Source: Bacteroidales bacterium (GTDB lineage: Bacteria > Bacteroidota > Bacteroidia > Bacteroidales > UBA10428). Taken from it: a DNA stretch of 64,000 nt. The notes under the pieces were generated by a model. That model was not told the DNA's origin, ran no database searches, and saw only the letters and a program-made list of their open reading frames with translations. Positions 42,401 to 49,400 of the stretch are shown here, in pieces; position 1 is the stretch's first letter, and each line of letters starts with the position of its first letter. The stretch is from the NCBI GenBank assembly GCA_046481675.1, contig JAWOJJ010000011.1:1586-65585 (forward strand), in the 5' to 3' direction. A program made the position numbers and the translations under genes.

Positions 42401-43084
42401 TCCATCAACTCCGGTACCTGAGTAGGTTCCGCCAACCGGAAATCCCTGTGTCAGTTGAAATGCAGATGATCCTTCGCAAACAGGAGGAAAGGGATTGATT
42501 CCAACCACCGGAACAGCCAGTACGGTTATTGTTCGGCTTACAGATGATTCACAACTCCCAATACCTGCCGTATAGGCAATGCTATGGGTGCCCTGACCTG
42601 CAACTGACGGGTCAAAGAAGCCTGATGCATCAACTCCCGGACCTGTAAAGTATCCGGTCTTTGGACTGACATTACTGGAATCGGAATTGAAAAGAGAGTA
42701 GGACGGGGCATTGGCACACACATTGCTGAAGGGTGCCAGGCTAACCGGCGGCATTGGTTGAACAGTAACTACAACAGTGACATCATTGCTACCAATAGTA
42801 CCATACATGATGGTATGCGTTCCCACACCCACTCTGTCAGGGTAAAAAACCGCAACCCCATTGACCAATCTGACCAGTGCTGGTGAAGTGGTGTAGCTTT
42901 CACCGTCAATATAAAATGACTTTCCTGAAGGAGAAGCACCTGTTATGGTGTCCGGTCCTTCAGCTGAACAATAAACATAATCAGCATGCCTCCACCCGGT
43001 TATATGTGCTGCCTGTGGAAATACATCTGAAATCCCGATGAAGATGACAGCAAGTAAGGTGATTAATCGGGTCAGGGTCTTCAT
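30467..43084 (-). CDS. Giant (4205 aa) cell-surface repeat protein/adhesin with a T9SS type-B (gliding-motility-associated) C-terminal sorting domain
   Basis: Single uninterrupted ORF. In order: a signal peptide (MKTLTRLITLLAVIFIGISDVFPQA), ~6 N-terminal ~70-aa Cys-bracketed modules, 25 Ig-like repeats, one PKD-like module, 13 ~81-aa repeats, 2 PKD domains and a CTD. All plus-strand ORFs inside it are antisense artefacts. Confidence 0.9.
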   Translation of the reverse strand: MKTLTRLITLLAVIFIGISDVFPQAAHITGWRHADYVYCSAEGPDTITGASPSGKSFYIDGESYTTSPALVRLVNGVAVFYPDRVGVGTHTIMYGTIGSNDVTVVVTVQPMPPVSLAPFSNVCANAPSYSLFNSDSSNVSPKTGYFTGPGVDASGFFDPSVAGQGTHSIAYTAGIGSCESSVSRTITVLAVPVVGINPFPPVCEGSSAFQLTQGFPVGGTYSGTGVDGTGNFNALVSGLGSFSITYSYSNGTCSSTASRDIVVPPRPSASFSGLGSQYCTDDAGIPLTGNPAGVSGVFSGPGITDNGNGTAVFDPFLSGLGLHQVRYIYTSPEGCPDTALQNVQVGTNVTLGGLTAKYCINNTDVLISGNPAGGTFAPAPGLTDHGNSTATFSPSAAGAGNFTISYTYIDANGCINTRTEPVRVYALPVPAIMNLAPSYCANNPQITITGNYAPSGVFSGASTTDNGNGTAIFKPSSLLPGGPYNINYSYQDAVSGCQASVTNQVTINPVPGAVLSGDASVCYGSPATISITLTGTSPYSITYTDGSGTYTSGGIAGPVFSTQVYPVDTTSYMMVHVTDSKNCSSSGTGSVTISVLPEVQIVTQPIPQTVCIGSNIQFHVEAEGVNLVYQWEKDGVALVGANNPILALNNVQASDLGTYHCVVSGDCGSDITSNDAQLLFWSPVVLNANPSDAHECEGEDISFVIQAGGSNLSYQWYRNNQALQDTGNYSGSSGSTLFIDNLKKANEGNYHAIVSGSCGTVASSAAMLEVDRNIVITSQPSDVVLCEGNNANMSIVAEGDNLQYQWQKDHAHIPGATGTTLSLINVSEADEGFYSCIITNTCGNSIFSNQVLLTANNYPVIISNPVDLLRCEGDNANFTVNVTGSAISYQWQKNGINLTDGVRISGTQSSSLSISQVNGTDIGNYTCVITGSCSAVSTHPAALSVDTSLAITSQPDNVETCLNSNVFFTISATGNNPSFQWLKDGINLPGATGSTLVINNVQNTHAGNYSCVVSNSCGRTVTSDPANLSINESVLIIQQPSNIQLCEGENAIFTIQASGDGLLYQWELNGAILADHDNISGTSTNVLIIQQINELNEGIYNCLVTGFCGNERSVPASLMVDDKLNLTEQPLGDTVCEGGNVQFRVVAEGVVNYQWQKDETDLPGENSSVFLLNNVTVSDSGVYRCLLFGMCDTLASDGALLTVKTYPQVVLQPVPVNACENQQIQFSSDANGSGLTWQWMKNGTVIHDGNHIIGSTSPVLIIDSVKVSDAAVYTAQITGYCGNTITNPVILSVEAVPAIIMHPQPVTACENQSAGFAVMVSGTATYQWQKDNTDLTGQTGATLSLSNISAADAGAYRCRITSGCTVTYSETALLTVNPVTTIIQQPADLTLCSGDAALIPITASGTGLTYEWKRNGTILADDLTIAGSQTASLSINPINAIHSGIYHCIVTGVCGSVTSSPADIEVLELISITSQPASENVCQGESASFEVMVTGEISSWQWQKNGVDIAGATSANYSINAVTITDTGLYRCRLTGPCGQVFSEAAALQVDLMPVISSQPAATIEICEGNQMVLHTASQGTNLAYQWYYNGNPIADNANITGTKTPWLTIKLISKANEGIYLCRVDNSCAAAITTGTQVWVNSPVAITDQPDNTSACTGNDISLAVAVTGDGISYQWQKGNSDLAGANSPVLSLINVAFTDSGTYRCVIYSACDTITSNAVRVNISEPVAISMQPAALVTPCTGSMVRLDIAASGNVTGYQWKKNGINLINDSHVSGAQTASLLINTIDTGDEGLYTCNVIGSCNTVTSSVTRVDVQTPPVINFHPADYSILSGGNADFTVNTSGDSLRYQWYFNGSPLTDGGGISGSTSSHLNILNVNLSHQGAYNVVVTGYCGTATSNPASLTLLASSIIVVQPTGSTRCEGESVTISVTATGGSHTYQWKRNGVILSDNTRISGSQASSLTITGLVAADAGAYSCMVDGIENSIPALLFVNRITNVSSVSGETGLCTGEAITLQVSATGDSLKYSWYKDALKLSDNLAVQGSATGILGIAPVDPGFSGSYYCEVSGACGMANSTPMVITVASPATITIQPANVTVCEGMPINMSVGATGSNLTYQWLRNGVNLSDDARITGTHNPALVINNATTADAGVYSCIISGTCNTVYSTSALTEVSPVSAITTQPVNADRCRNDEVTFVVAANNSQATYQWQKDGANLVDNLSISGSQTSVLQIKNLQTADHGNYQCIVTGPCNTLISNPATLNVYDEPVITVQPAGNTICEGNSYTFTSAATGSILSWQWMKDGVALSDNARYSGTSSATLVTSNVTFEESGTYQCMVSSSCQNVMTNPAVLVVEEATSIIEQPESKNICNGSDFSLTALAKGDGNTWQWMKDNVPLTNGGDISGATSSVLHISHATPMFSGVYHCIVSGSCNSISSESATITVTVPPSITNHPADATVCQGGNHLMQLTAVGDSPVFTWKKNGVVISDGSGISGAATASLYLENLVPSYTGIYTCEVVNSCGTANSDPATLAVNQAGQITDHPVDVQECLGEQANFRVATTGNKLTYQWEFNGTALIDDARITGSQMPYLTITELINSDQGLYRCVVTDGCGIIHNSDAAELTVYESLTITGIPTGDTLCAGQSITLSVSANGSNLNYQWFRDGISIIDGNGITGTTTSSLVINNIIPAQAGFYSCNVTGSCGTVVTGAIPVLVNSPVQVNKQPENLIRCEGESVLFSIAATGDSITYRWEKDGIPLADDTQINGSASSLLLISNITATDAGSYRCVISGVCGIVNSQPAVLQVNAYPEAAGAITGESIVCQGASGITYMIADIPGADYYQWTLPPGMTVISGQNTRQIQVMYVKNEYGGPISVSGVNVCGSGPSSPILNVVANPLPLAYGGENIGICSDKGTLNAVQPEFPATGLWQAITGPAVIQHSDQAVTTVSNLRQGANPFTWTVTLNGCSVTDTVTLYNNQLVVEAGNDTSICDHIYRLNAALPSAGTGQWSITSGSGYNINRYDPNTLVSGLSQGRNIFRWSVNHNGCVSYDSVIITNNRPTESEAGPDQRIHADNTNLNANNPATGSGSWSLLSGSATITDRFAYNTLLTNIGKGRNIFEWMITHAGCVSADTVVIENILTDTTDAGPNQVICSSTVRLNAKNPYPGYGEWSVKRGSASFADNSLYNTYAYNLAQGENVLVWTAYLNGTTSDSVIIINDMPTAANAGVNLSVCADSVNLNANLPYIGSGQWSVISGAGTFDNANNNITNVKNLARGNNNLKWTITNGTCTSSSVVTITNNTPTDAEAGFDAVICEDSLVLHPNTPTFGTGEWSVYSGAAKFAGNLVYDLGRDENYLVYSIRNAGCYSRDTVIITSHKPTTARSGADQSVCQDSVLLIANQPGTGNGSWTLQSGSAILDDMSSSSTYARELAPGENVFRWTTTYMECISYDDVIISNDFVQADAGADQVMCADRTTLQANDPGYSGGFWTIVGTANGADILNPHTPNSVVENLAPGANVLRWTIAKNSCISYDEVTLTNNLPTRAFAGEDMYLCQDEQQLRANTISQGTGTWSVISGSGSFSNQNNPLAVVSSLGSGANILRWTSENEGCITTDEVVIYNNLPVDVYAGLDQELCADNTVLYANPPSLGNGYWTVLQGSAVFDDPFQYNTSVSLLRNGINKLKWTVATTGCSVTDTVQISNNLPSVAVAGSDFAVCNSMGTLSANTPMHGIGEWSLMSGSGSIANRTLPRTTISELALGENIVVWTITNKNCSSSDELMITNNSPSIAEAGEDAEVCGETAVLYANSPVVGYGFWQVMSGKGDFSDSLSFNTTVNGLNFGENTLRWTTQNGQCLTIDEITVINNLAYVYAGEDKDTYEPQVMLSGNNPASGTGEWILVAGAGSIETPSGFTTRVASLGAGLNTFEWTITNGSCVARDQVVINYKVMPRAGFITDITEGCPGTTVEFYNTTQYGTTYRWDMGDGTFTTEVNPTHTYNYAGQYKVNMIAYGPDNKNVTVDTLITIHSNPVARFYFRPDTAFVNKPVRCYDDDSYNVSTYHWDFGDNQYTSESNPLHYYSTSGNYRITLVVASEFGCKDTISHDIFVAEDGLLVFPNAFTPDPSGPSGGIYNENDRSNNVFFPYHENIAEYHLEIYSRWGVLLFESDDVKTGWDGYYKGQLLAQDVYVWKVTGKYVSGSDFILTGSVLLVR
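30470..30772 (-). other. T9SS type-B C-terminal sorting domain of the giant protein (aa ~4105-4205)
   Basis: LLVFPNAFTPDPSGPSGG...NNVFFPY...YHLEIYSRWGVLLFES...GWDGYYKGQLLAQDVYVWKVTG...GSVLLVR matches the gliding-motility-associated C-terminal domain pattern (PNAFTP...F.P....I..RWG..V......WDG....G.....VY.W). Confidence 0.8.
30773..31252 (-). other. Two PKD domains (aa ~3945-4104)
   Basis: VEFYNTTQYGTTYRWDMGDGTFTTEVNPTHTYNYAGQYKVNMIAYG and YHWDFGDNQYTSESNPLHYYSTSGNYRITLVV. Both carry the WDFGDG...NP.H.Y...G.Y.V.L PKD signature. Confidence 0.85.
31253..34393 (-). repeat. 13 tandem ~81-aa repeats (aa 2898-3944) of an uncharacterised module
   Basis: My manual segmentation gives lengths 81,80,81,80,81,76,80,83,81,81,81,81,81. 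The consensus by eye is AG.D..vC.d...L.AN.P..G.G.Ws...GsG.f.......t.v..L..G.N.l.WT......C...D.V.I.NN.P. Confidence 0.8.
34394..34663 (-). other. PKD-like / Ig-like linker module (aa 2808-2897)
   Basis: GAITGESIVCQGASGITYMIADIPGADYYQWTLPPGMTVISGQNTRQIQVMY...ISVSGVNVCGSGPSS is the Y.W..P.G..I.SG.....I.V......G.I.V...N.CG pattern common in Bacteroidota surface proteins. Confidence 0.6.
34664..41290 (-). repeat. 25 tandem immunoglobulin-like (I-set-like) repeats, 83-91 aa each (aa 599-2807)
   Basis: Each unit reads ..I..QP....C.G....F.V.A.G..L.YQW.K.G..L...........L.I.N....D.G.Y.C.V.G.CG...S..A.L.V. Boundaries were confirmed against the DNA: V599 is the codon at 41290-41288. Confidence 0.85.
41561..42976 (-). 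repeat. About six N-terminal ~70-80-aa Cys-bracketed modules (aa ~37-508)
   Basis: A recurring pattern C....L.G.P.GG.FSG.G(I/V)...G.F.P...G.G.H.I.Y.Y....GC......I.V. Examples: YCTDDAGIPLTGNPAGVSGVFSGPGITDNGNGTAVFDPFLSGLGLHQVRYIYTSPEGC and YCANNPQITITGNYAPSGVFSGASTTDNGNGTAIFKPS...YNINYSYQDAVSGC. Confidence 0.55.
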
Positions 43085-43201
43085 GCACCGGGTTATTAGA
43101 TTTAAAATAAGTTACAAATTTTTACGTTAACCAGTATGAATTGTTGGGTGATATAAATCACCACTTTTCTTTGTAACACGTATCTTGCCTGTTACAGAAC
43201 T

Positions 43202-44452
43202 GTGGGTTTTTGTATTTACCGTTTTTCTTATCTTTGCCCAAATTTTACCGGTCTGAAAAAGAAAGTAATAGTTGGCATTTCCGGAGGTGTTGATTCCAGT
43301 GTGGCGGCCTATGTACTCAAGCAGCAGGGTTATGAGGTAACAGGCATGTTCATGATCAACTGGCACGATACTACAGGTACGCTTGCAGGAGACTGTCCCT
43401 GGAACGATGACCTGATTTTTGCCGAACTGGTTGCACGTAAATTGGATATTCCACTGATAACTGTTGATTTTAGCGAGGAGTACCGGAAAAGGGTTGTGGA
43501 TTATATGTTCGCGGAGTATGAACTGGGGCGAACCCCGAATCCGGATGTGCTTTGCAATCGCGAGGTGAAATTCGACCTGTTTATCAAGGCTGCCATTCAG
43601 CATGGTGCTGATTACATTGCCACCGGGCATTATTGCCGTAAAGAGGAAGATGTAGTTGAAGGGAAACCGGTTTACAGGCTTTTGCAAGGTGTTGATACCA
43701 ATAAAGACCAGAGTTACTTCTTATGTCAGCTTTCGCAGGAACAACTGCGTATGGCGCTTTTCCCGGTTGGCAACCTGGTTAAACAAACGGTAAGGGATAT
43801 AGCACGTGAACAGGGATTGGCAACAGCCGAGCGAAAAGATTCGCAGGGCATCTGCTTCGTTGGCAAGGTAGATCTGCCGGAATTTCTGAAACAGAAGCTG
43901 AAATCAAAACCCGGGCAGATTATTGAAATAGATAAGGATCTTCAGATATACCATGATTATGCCCAGTTACAAAGGAACTGGCTGAAGCAAAAAGACAATC
44001 CTGAAATGCTGACATCGGGTTTTACCTATGCCGCATCCGACGGAAAAGTTGCAGGAATTCACCAGGGGGCTCACTTTTATACCATAGGGCAACGCAAGGG
44101 ATTGAACATAGGGGGAAAGGCAGATCCCATGTTTGTGATCAGCACTGATACTGCGAACAATTTGTTATATGTAGGCATGGGCCATGAGCATCCTGGTTTG
44201 AACAGGTGGGGCTTGTTCATACCGGCCTCACAAATTCACTGGGTAAGGCCCGACAAGAGATTGCACCCGGGCGAGGAACGCAATTTGCTGATGAGAATCA
44301 GATACCGTCAGCCGCTTCAGCAAGCAACACTGTATATGAAGGAAGACGGATTGCACATCATCTTCGAAAAGAAACAACGGGGAATTACTTCCGGTCAGTT
44401 TGCTGCCTGGTACGAAGGAGAGGAACTCATCGGATCAGGGGTTATTCAATAG
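43202..44452 (+). CDS. mnmA: tRNA 2-thiouridine(34) synthase (tRNA-specific 2-thiouridylase)
   Basis: PP-loop KVIVGISGGVDSSVAAYVLK, then NPDVLCNREVKF, KDQSYFLC and GICFVG. The start is uncertain: the track uses GTG at 43202, and no ATG precedes the conserved KKKVIVG (an in-frame CTG lies at 43253). Confidence 0.9.
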   Translation: MGFCIYRFSYLCPNFTGLKKKVIVGISGGVDSSVAAYVLKQQGYEVTGMFMINWHDTTGTLAGDCPWNDDLIFAELVARKLDIPLITVDFSEEYRKRVVDYMFAEYELGRTPNPDVLCNREVKFDLFIKAAIQHGADYIATGHYCRKEEDVVEGKPVYRLLQGVDTNKDQSYFLCQLSQEQLRMALFPVGNLVKQTVRDIAREQGLATAERKDSQGICFVGKVDLPEFLKQKLKSKPGQIIEIDKDLQIYHDYAQLQRNWLKQKDNPEMLTSGFTYAASDGKVAGIHQGAHFYTIGQRKGLNIGGKADPMFVISTDTANNLLYVGMGHEHPGLNRWGLFIPASQIHWVRPDKRLHPGEERNLLMRIRYRQPLQQATLYMKEDGLHIIFEKKQRGITSGQFAAWYEGEELIGSGVIQ

Positions 44453-45509
44453 CAGGTTCCTGCTGGCTCAAACAGTGCCAGCTTCCCAAACCCCAAATGA
44501 TTTCAACCGAATCCAGGCCAATTACAGGCCGGTCTTTGAAACAAGATTCCAGTATTGAAATGGCTTCATCATCTTGTTTACATCGATAGGTGGGTACCAT
44601 TACTCCTGCATTGGCAATGTAAAAGTTAGCATATGAAACAGGCAACCGTTGTCCTTCATGATACAACGGTTCCGGCATGGGCAGTTCAACAACATTCAGT
44701 TGCTTTCCGCTGAGCAGCCTGAAGCCCGACAACTTTTTCATATTATCCTGAAGCGGAATATAATTGTTATCAGACCTGTTTTTTTCAACTACTGTGATTA
44801 CGGTATCTTCATTTACAAATCGGGTGAGATCATCCACATGGCCATCGGTGTCGTCGCCTTCAATGCCTTCTCCCAGCCACAATACCTGTTTCACACCATA
44901 ATATTCCATCAGGTAAATCTCTATATCACTTTGCGTCATTCCCGGATTTCGGTTCGGATGAAGCAGGCATGCCGTTGTGGTAATTAGGGTTCCGGCACCG
45001 TTGAAATCTACAGAACCTCCTTCCATAACAATTCCCGGGTGAAAAACCGGAAGATGAAGCAGGTTGCCAATGCGGTCGGGAATGGTATTGTCAAGTTCTG
45101 CAGGATATTTGTTACCCCAGCCATTGTATTCCCAGCTTACTATGGCCTTTTTTTTATCAGCAGCATGGCGCACAACAAAAGCCGGACCATGATCGCGGCA
45201 CCACGCGTCATTGGTAGGGAAAATATGCAGCGCAATGTTTTTCAGGCTGGCCCCAATCGCAGCAAGTTCCTTTGTAACCCTTTCCTGCATCTCATGATCC
45301 GTAACATGGATATGCACCAGTTCTCCCTGAGCTAACTCTTGAATAAAACGGTTATAATAAGGAAAAATAGTATGCATTTTTCCCGGCCATGAAGCTTCGT
45401 TATGCGGATAACTCAGCCAGGTTGACTCATGCTTTCCCCATTCGGCGGGGAAATGATAACCCAGTTGCAGGGGTGTGTCTTTTTCTGAACCAGTCATAAA
45501 ATGCTTCAC
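44442..45509 (-). CDS. aguA: Agmatine deiminase
   Basis: GYHFPAEWGKHESTWLSYPHN, WCRDHGP, DGHVDDLTRF, and the C-terminal catalytic GLGSWHCLSQQ (Cys). Confidence 0.85.
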   Translation of the reverse strand: MKHFMTGSEKDTPLQLGYHFPAEWGKHESTWLSYPHNEASWPGKMHTIFPYYNRFIQELAQGELVHIHVTDHEMQERVTKELAAIGASLKNIALHIFPTNDAWCRDHGPAFVVRHAADKKKAIVSWEYNGWGNKYPAELDNTIPDRIGNLLHLPVFHPGIVMEGGSVDFNGAGTLITTTACLLHPNRNPGMTQSDIEIYLMEYYGVKQVLWLGEGIEGDDTDGHVDDLTRFVNEDTVITVVEKNRSDNNYIPLQDNMKKLSGFRLLSGKQLNVVELPMPEPLYHEGQRLPVSYANFYIANAGVMVPTYRCKQDDEAISILESCFKDRPVIGLDSVEIIWGLGSWHCLSQQEPAIE

Positions 45510-46438
45510 GACTTTAAGTACCGGTTATTCAGGGGGGCATAGGTGTCAATCCGACGATCGCGCATGAAAGGCCAATGAACACGATAGAAATCAGACAGTG
45601 CAAGATCAGTTTCAACCACCTGTACCACCTCGTTGTCATGCGGCGCCTGGTAGAGCACTTTGCCAAACGGATCGGTAACAAATGAGCCACCCCAGAACTT
45701 CAATTCTTCCTCAGTGCCGCAACGGTTAACAGCAACCACATGCACACCGTTGGCAATGGCATGTGCACGCTGTATGGTTTGCCATGCCTGGTATTGCTCC
45801 TGGTTCACATCGGGTGATTGTGTATTTGCCCAACCAATTGCAGTAGGATAGAAAAGGATCTGTGCCCCCATCAAACTGGTAATACGGGCAGCCTCGGGAT
45901 ACCACTGATCCCAGCAAATCAATACCCCTATAGTTCCGAACTTTGTGTTGAATACCTGGTAACCGCTATCTCCGGGTGTGAAGTAAAACTTTTCATAAAA
46001 CCCGGGATCATCAGGAATGTGGTTTTTTCTGTACTTGCCCAGGTATTTCCCGTCAGCGTCAATAACAGCTGCGGTATTGAAATAAACACCGGCATCCACC
46101 TTTTCAAAAAGTGAAGCAACGATAACCACATTCAGCTCGGCAGCAAGCTTTTGTAATTGCTCTGTTGTGTTGCCGGGAACGCTTTCTGCAAGTTTGAAAT
46201 ACTCATAATCTTCGGTAAAGCAGAAGTACCTGGTAAGAAACAACTCCTGCAGGCAAACAATATTTGCCCCTTTTGATGCTGCTTCACGTATTCCGGCCTG
46301 GGCCGAATCCAGGTTTTCATTTAAGTTGTGCCCGCAACTTTTCTGGACAATGCCAACCTTGATTTTGCTTTTATTCACGGTGTTTTTGGGCAAAAATAGG
46401 CAATTAATCCATATATTTCTAACGGAGCCAGACCACAT
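45506..46438 (-). CDS. aguB: N-carbamoylputrescine amidase (carbon-nitrogen hydrolase family)
   Basis: IVCLQELF (catalytic Glu), YRKNHIPD (Lys) and GVLICWDQWYPE (Cys). 4-nt overlap with aguA. The likely true start is the GTG at the complement of 46376-46378 (MNKSKIKVGIVQ); the first 20 codons of the track ORF look like leader. Confidence 0.85.
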   Translation of the reverse strand: MWSGSVRNIWINCLFLPKNTVNKSKIKVGIVQKSCGHNLNENLDSAQAGIREAASKGANIVCLQELFLTRYFCFTEDYEYFKLAESVPGNTTEQLQKLAAELNVVIVASLFEKVDAGVYFNTAAVIDADGKYLGKYRKNHIPDDPGFYEKFYFTPGDSGYQVFNTKFGTIGVLICWDQWYPEAARITSLMGAQILFYPTAIGWANTQSPDVNQEQYQAWQTIQRAHAIANGVHVVAVNRCGTEEELKFWGGSFVTDPFGKVLYQAPHDNEVVQVVETDLALSDFYRVHWPFMRDRRIDTYAPLNNRYLKS

Positions 46439-46483
46439 ATCGCTATATTTACTATCTTAATACTGAATTTCTAACCATTCTTT

Positions 46484-49400
46484 ATGAAAAGGTATAAAAA
46501 CCGGTTCTATTCTCAAGGTTATACCTTGTTGCTTTTTCTGCTTTGCCACTTACCTTATTCGCTTTTTGCTCAGTCGGTTGACCTGAATTTCAGATACCTG
46601 AGCACAAAGGACGGGTTATCCTATGATAACGTGCTCTGCATTTACCAGGACAGGGATGGGTTTATGTGGTTTGGCACCGAGAATGGTATCAGCAGATATG
46701 ACGGGAACAGTTTCAGAAATTACTACGACCTGATTAAAGATACTTCCAGTATTTTTCAGCAGCGCACGCTTGCTGTATGCGAAGACAGCTATAACGGATT
46801 GTGGTTTTGCAATGACACCAATGGTTTGGTACTGCTGAACAAACAAAACGAGAAGACATACAGGTTCAGACATTCAACCGGAAAGCCCGAAAGCATTTCA
46901 TCCAACAACACCAGGGTATTATTTGAGGATTCCCGGAAACAACTGTGGATAGCTACCCGGGGAGGAGGTTTGGACCTATTTAACCGAAAAGACAGCTCTT
47001 TTATCCATTTTGTTCATGATTCACTCGATGCAAAAAGCATTGGCAGCAATTTCATTACTTCGATAACAGAAGACAGCGAAGGAACGCTGTGGATGGCTTC
47101 TGCAGATGGATTACTCATCCGGTATGATCAAAAAGACAAGGTGTTTGAGAATGTCATGATGGAAAGTGGTTTGATGTACCTGTTTGATGACGTGAATATG
47201 CCGGTGGCATATGTTGATTCAAAGGATGTGGTTTGGTATGCAGGCGTATCCGGCGTTTTCAGATTTAACAAATCTGATAAATCGTCCCGGTTTTATTCGC
47301 TGTTTCCTCAGGGTGGCGTGTATACCACAGTGTGGATATCTTCGGTCATTGAACTTGACGAATCCAAATTGCTTCTGGCAAGCTTTAACAGGGGATTGTT
47401 TGAACTGAATACCGAAACAGGCCGTGTAGTGAATTATACCTACAACCCGGCAAGTCCTTTTGGAATAAACAGCAACAGACTTACTGTGATGCTCAGATCT
47501 GCAGAAGGCGCTGTTTGGATAGGAACTTCCGATAACGGGTTGAACATATACACCCCGAAAACCTTTCGGTTCTCCTCCCTGGTTAACCTGGTACAACCGC
47601 AATTTCTTGATTATTCTACCTATCAGGCATTCAGTGTTTGTGAAACTCCGGATGGACGGATCTGGATTGGTGCAAGCGATAACGGAGTGATTGAATTTAA
47701 CCCCCGTGAAGGTTCTCTTAAGCCTATTCTGCCTGAACTCAATGGAAGGTCCGTATTTGATTTGTATAAAGACAGGCACAACCGCATCTGGATTGGTGCA
47801 ATGGGGGAAGGAATTAACTATTACGACTGGGATAAGAAGAAGCTTATCCATATGAACCGGTTTGATGACAGGGATAAATCACTTATCGGAAGAGACGTTG
47901 GCAGAATACTGGAGGACAGCCGGGGAAGGCTGTGGGTGAGTTATTTGCGCGACGGAGTTGCCTTGTTCGACAGGACCTCCATGCGTGTGATGCGCTTCAG
48001 GAACAATCCGGCAGATATGCATACACTCAGCAACAACCTGGTATACAAAATTTATGAAGATTCCAGAGGACGAATCTGGATTGGAACTGCCGATGGTTTG
48101 TGCCTGTTTAATCCCCGAAACAATAGTTTTTTGAGAATTCCCTTCAGGGATGAATCCGACCAGGATAATTATTCCATTACTATCTACGACATTCTTGAAG
48201 ACAGCAGAAAACGACTTTGGATTGGTACGGATGACAACTTATACCTGTTCGACGCCAATCTGACAGCATGTGTTGGATTTAAAGGAAACAAACCCAATGA
48301 ACCTTTTGTCATAAGCAGAATATTTCAGGATAAAAACAACATGCTTTGGCTGAGTACCACCAGCGGAGTATGCAGTTACGACCCTGAAACCAAAGTAATA
48401 AAAGACTACGGGAAAACGGACGGAATACATTACCTGAACTATAATCCCACATCAGGAACCTTGAGCAGAAGCGGACTCATTTATTTTGGATCGTCAAAGG
48501 GACTTACTGTTTTTAATCCGCTCAGCATACAGGATGATCCCTATGTACCGCCTGTTTTTATAACCGGATTAAGCATTAACCACATACCTGTAAAGCCAGG
48601 CGTTGAAGATGCTTTTATCAACTGTTCCATAGAGTATTTAAAACAAATCAGGTTGAATCACAAGCAATCGACCTTGTTTTTCAATTTTGCCGCACTGAAT
48701 TTCAATAATCCCGGTAATAACCAGTATTCATACATTCTTGAAAACTTTGACAAAGCCTGGTCAAAACCGTCAACTACCAGTACGGCTTTGTATCCAAATC
48801 TTCCCCCGGGAAGGTATGTTTTCAGGGTGACTGCTTCTAACAGTCATGGCATTTGGAATACAGAAGGGGCAACACTGGAGGTAATCATCAAACCCCCATT
48901 CTGGCGAACCTGGTGGTTTCTGCTGGTTGACATTCTTACAGTGGTTTTGTTGTTGATCTATATTCTTTACAATCGCTTTTACAGACTGCAAAAACAAAAG
49001 GCCTTACTGGAAGTGGTTGTAAACGAGAGAACCAAAGAGCTGAATAGTGTCAACCTCGCACTCAAAGAACAACACGAAGAGTTGATTCAGCAGCATGAAG
49101 AGATTTCAACACAAAATGAGATGCTCTCACAAATGAGTGATGAAATTCTGAAACAGAATGCCGAACTTGAACAGCACCGGTCAAATCTTGAAAAACTGGT
49201 AGAGGAGAGAACCAGGGAACTGGAAATAGCCATTGAAAAAGCCGAAGAATCTGATAAACTGAAATCAGCCTTTTTGGCCAACATGAGTCATGAGATCCGA
49301 ACGCCCATGAATGCCATAGTAGGCTTTTCCAATATGCTGAAAGACGAGCACCTGGAACTGCAGGAGCGGAATGAATTCATCAATGTTATCAATACCAATT

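Noticed and set aside
30514-42723. About 25 track ORFs of 61-212 aa inside the giant adhesin gene, mostly on the plus strand (for example 33128..33766, 33957..34388, 30920..31348), with a few in other minus-strand frames
   Set aside because: All lie inside one uninterrupted 4205-codon ORF with clear domain periodicity. Their translations are low-complexity with no motifs. Long antisense or off-frame ORFs are expected in repetitive, stop-poor sequence.
43127-43687. A 186-aa minus-strand ORF overlapping the 5' third of mnmA
   Set aside because: It is antisense to a strongly supported mnmA frame (PP-loop SGGVDS and NPDVLCN motifs). Its translation has no recognisable features.
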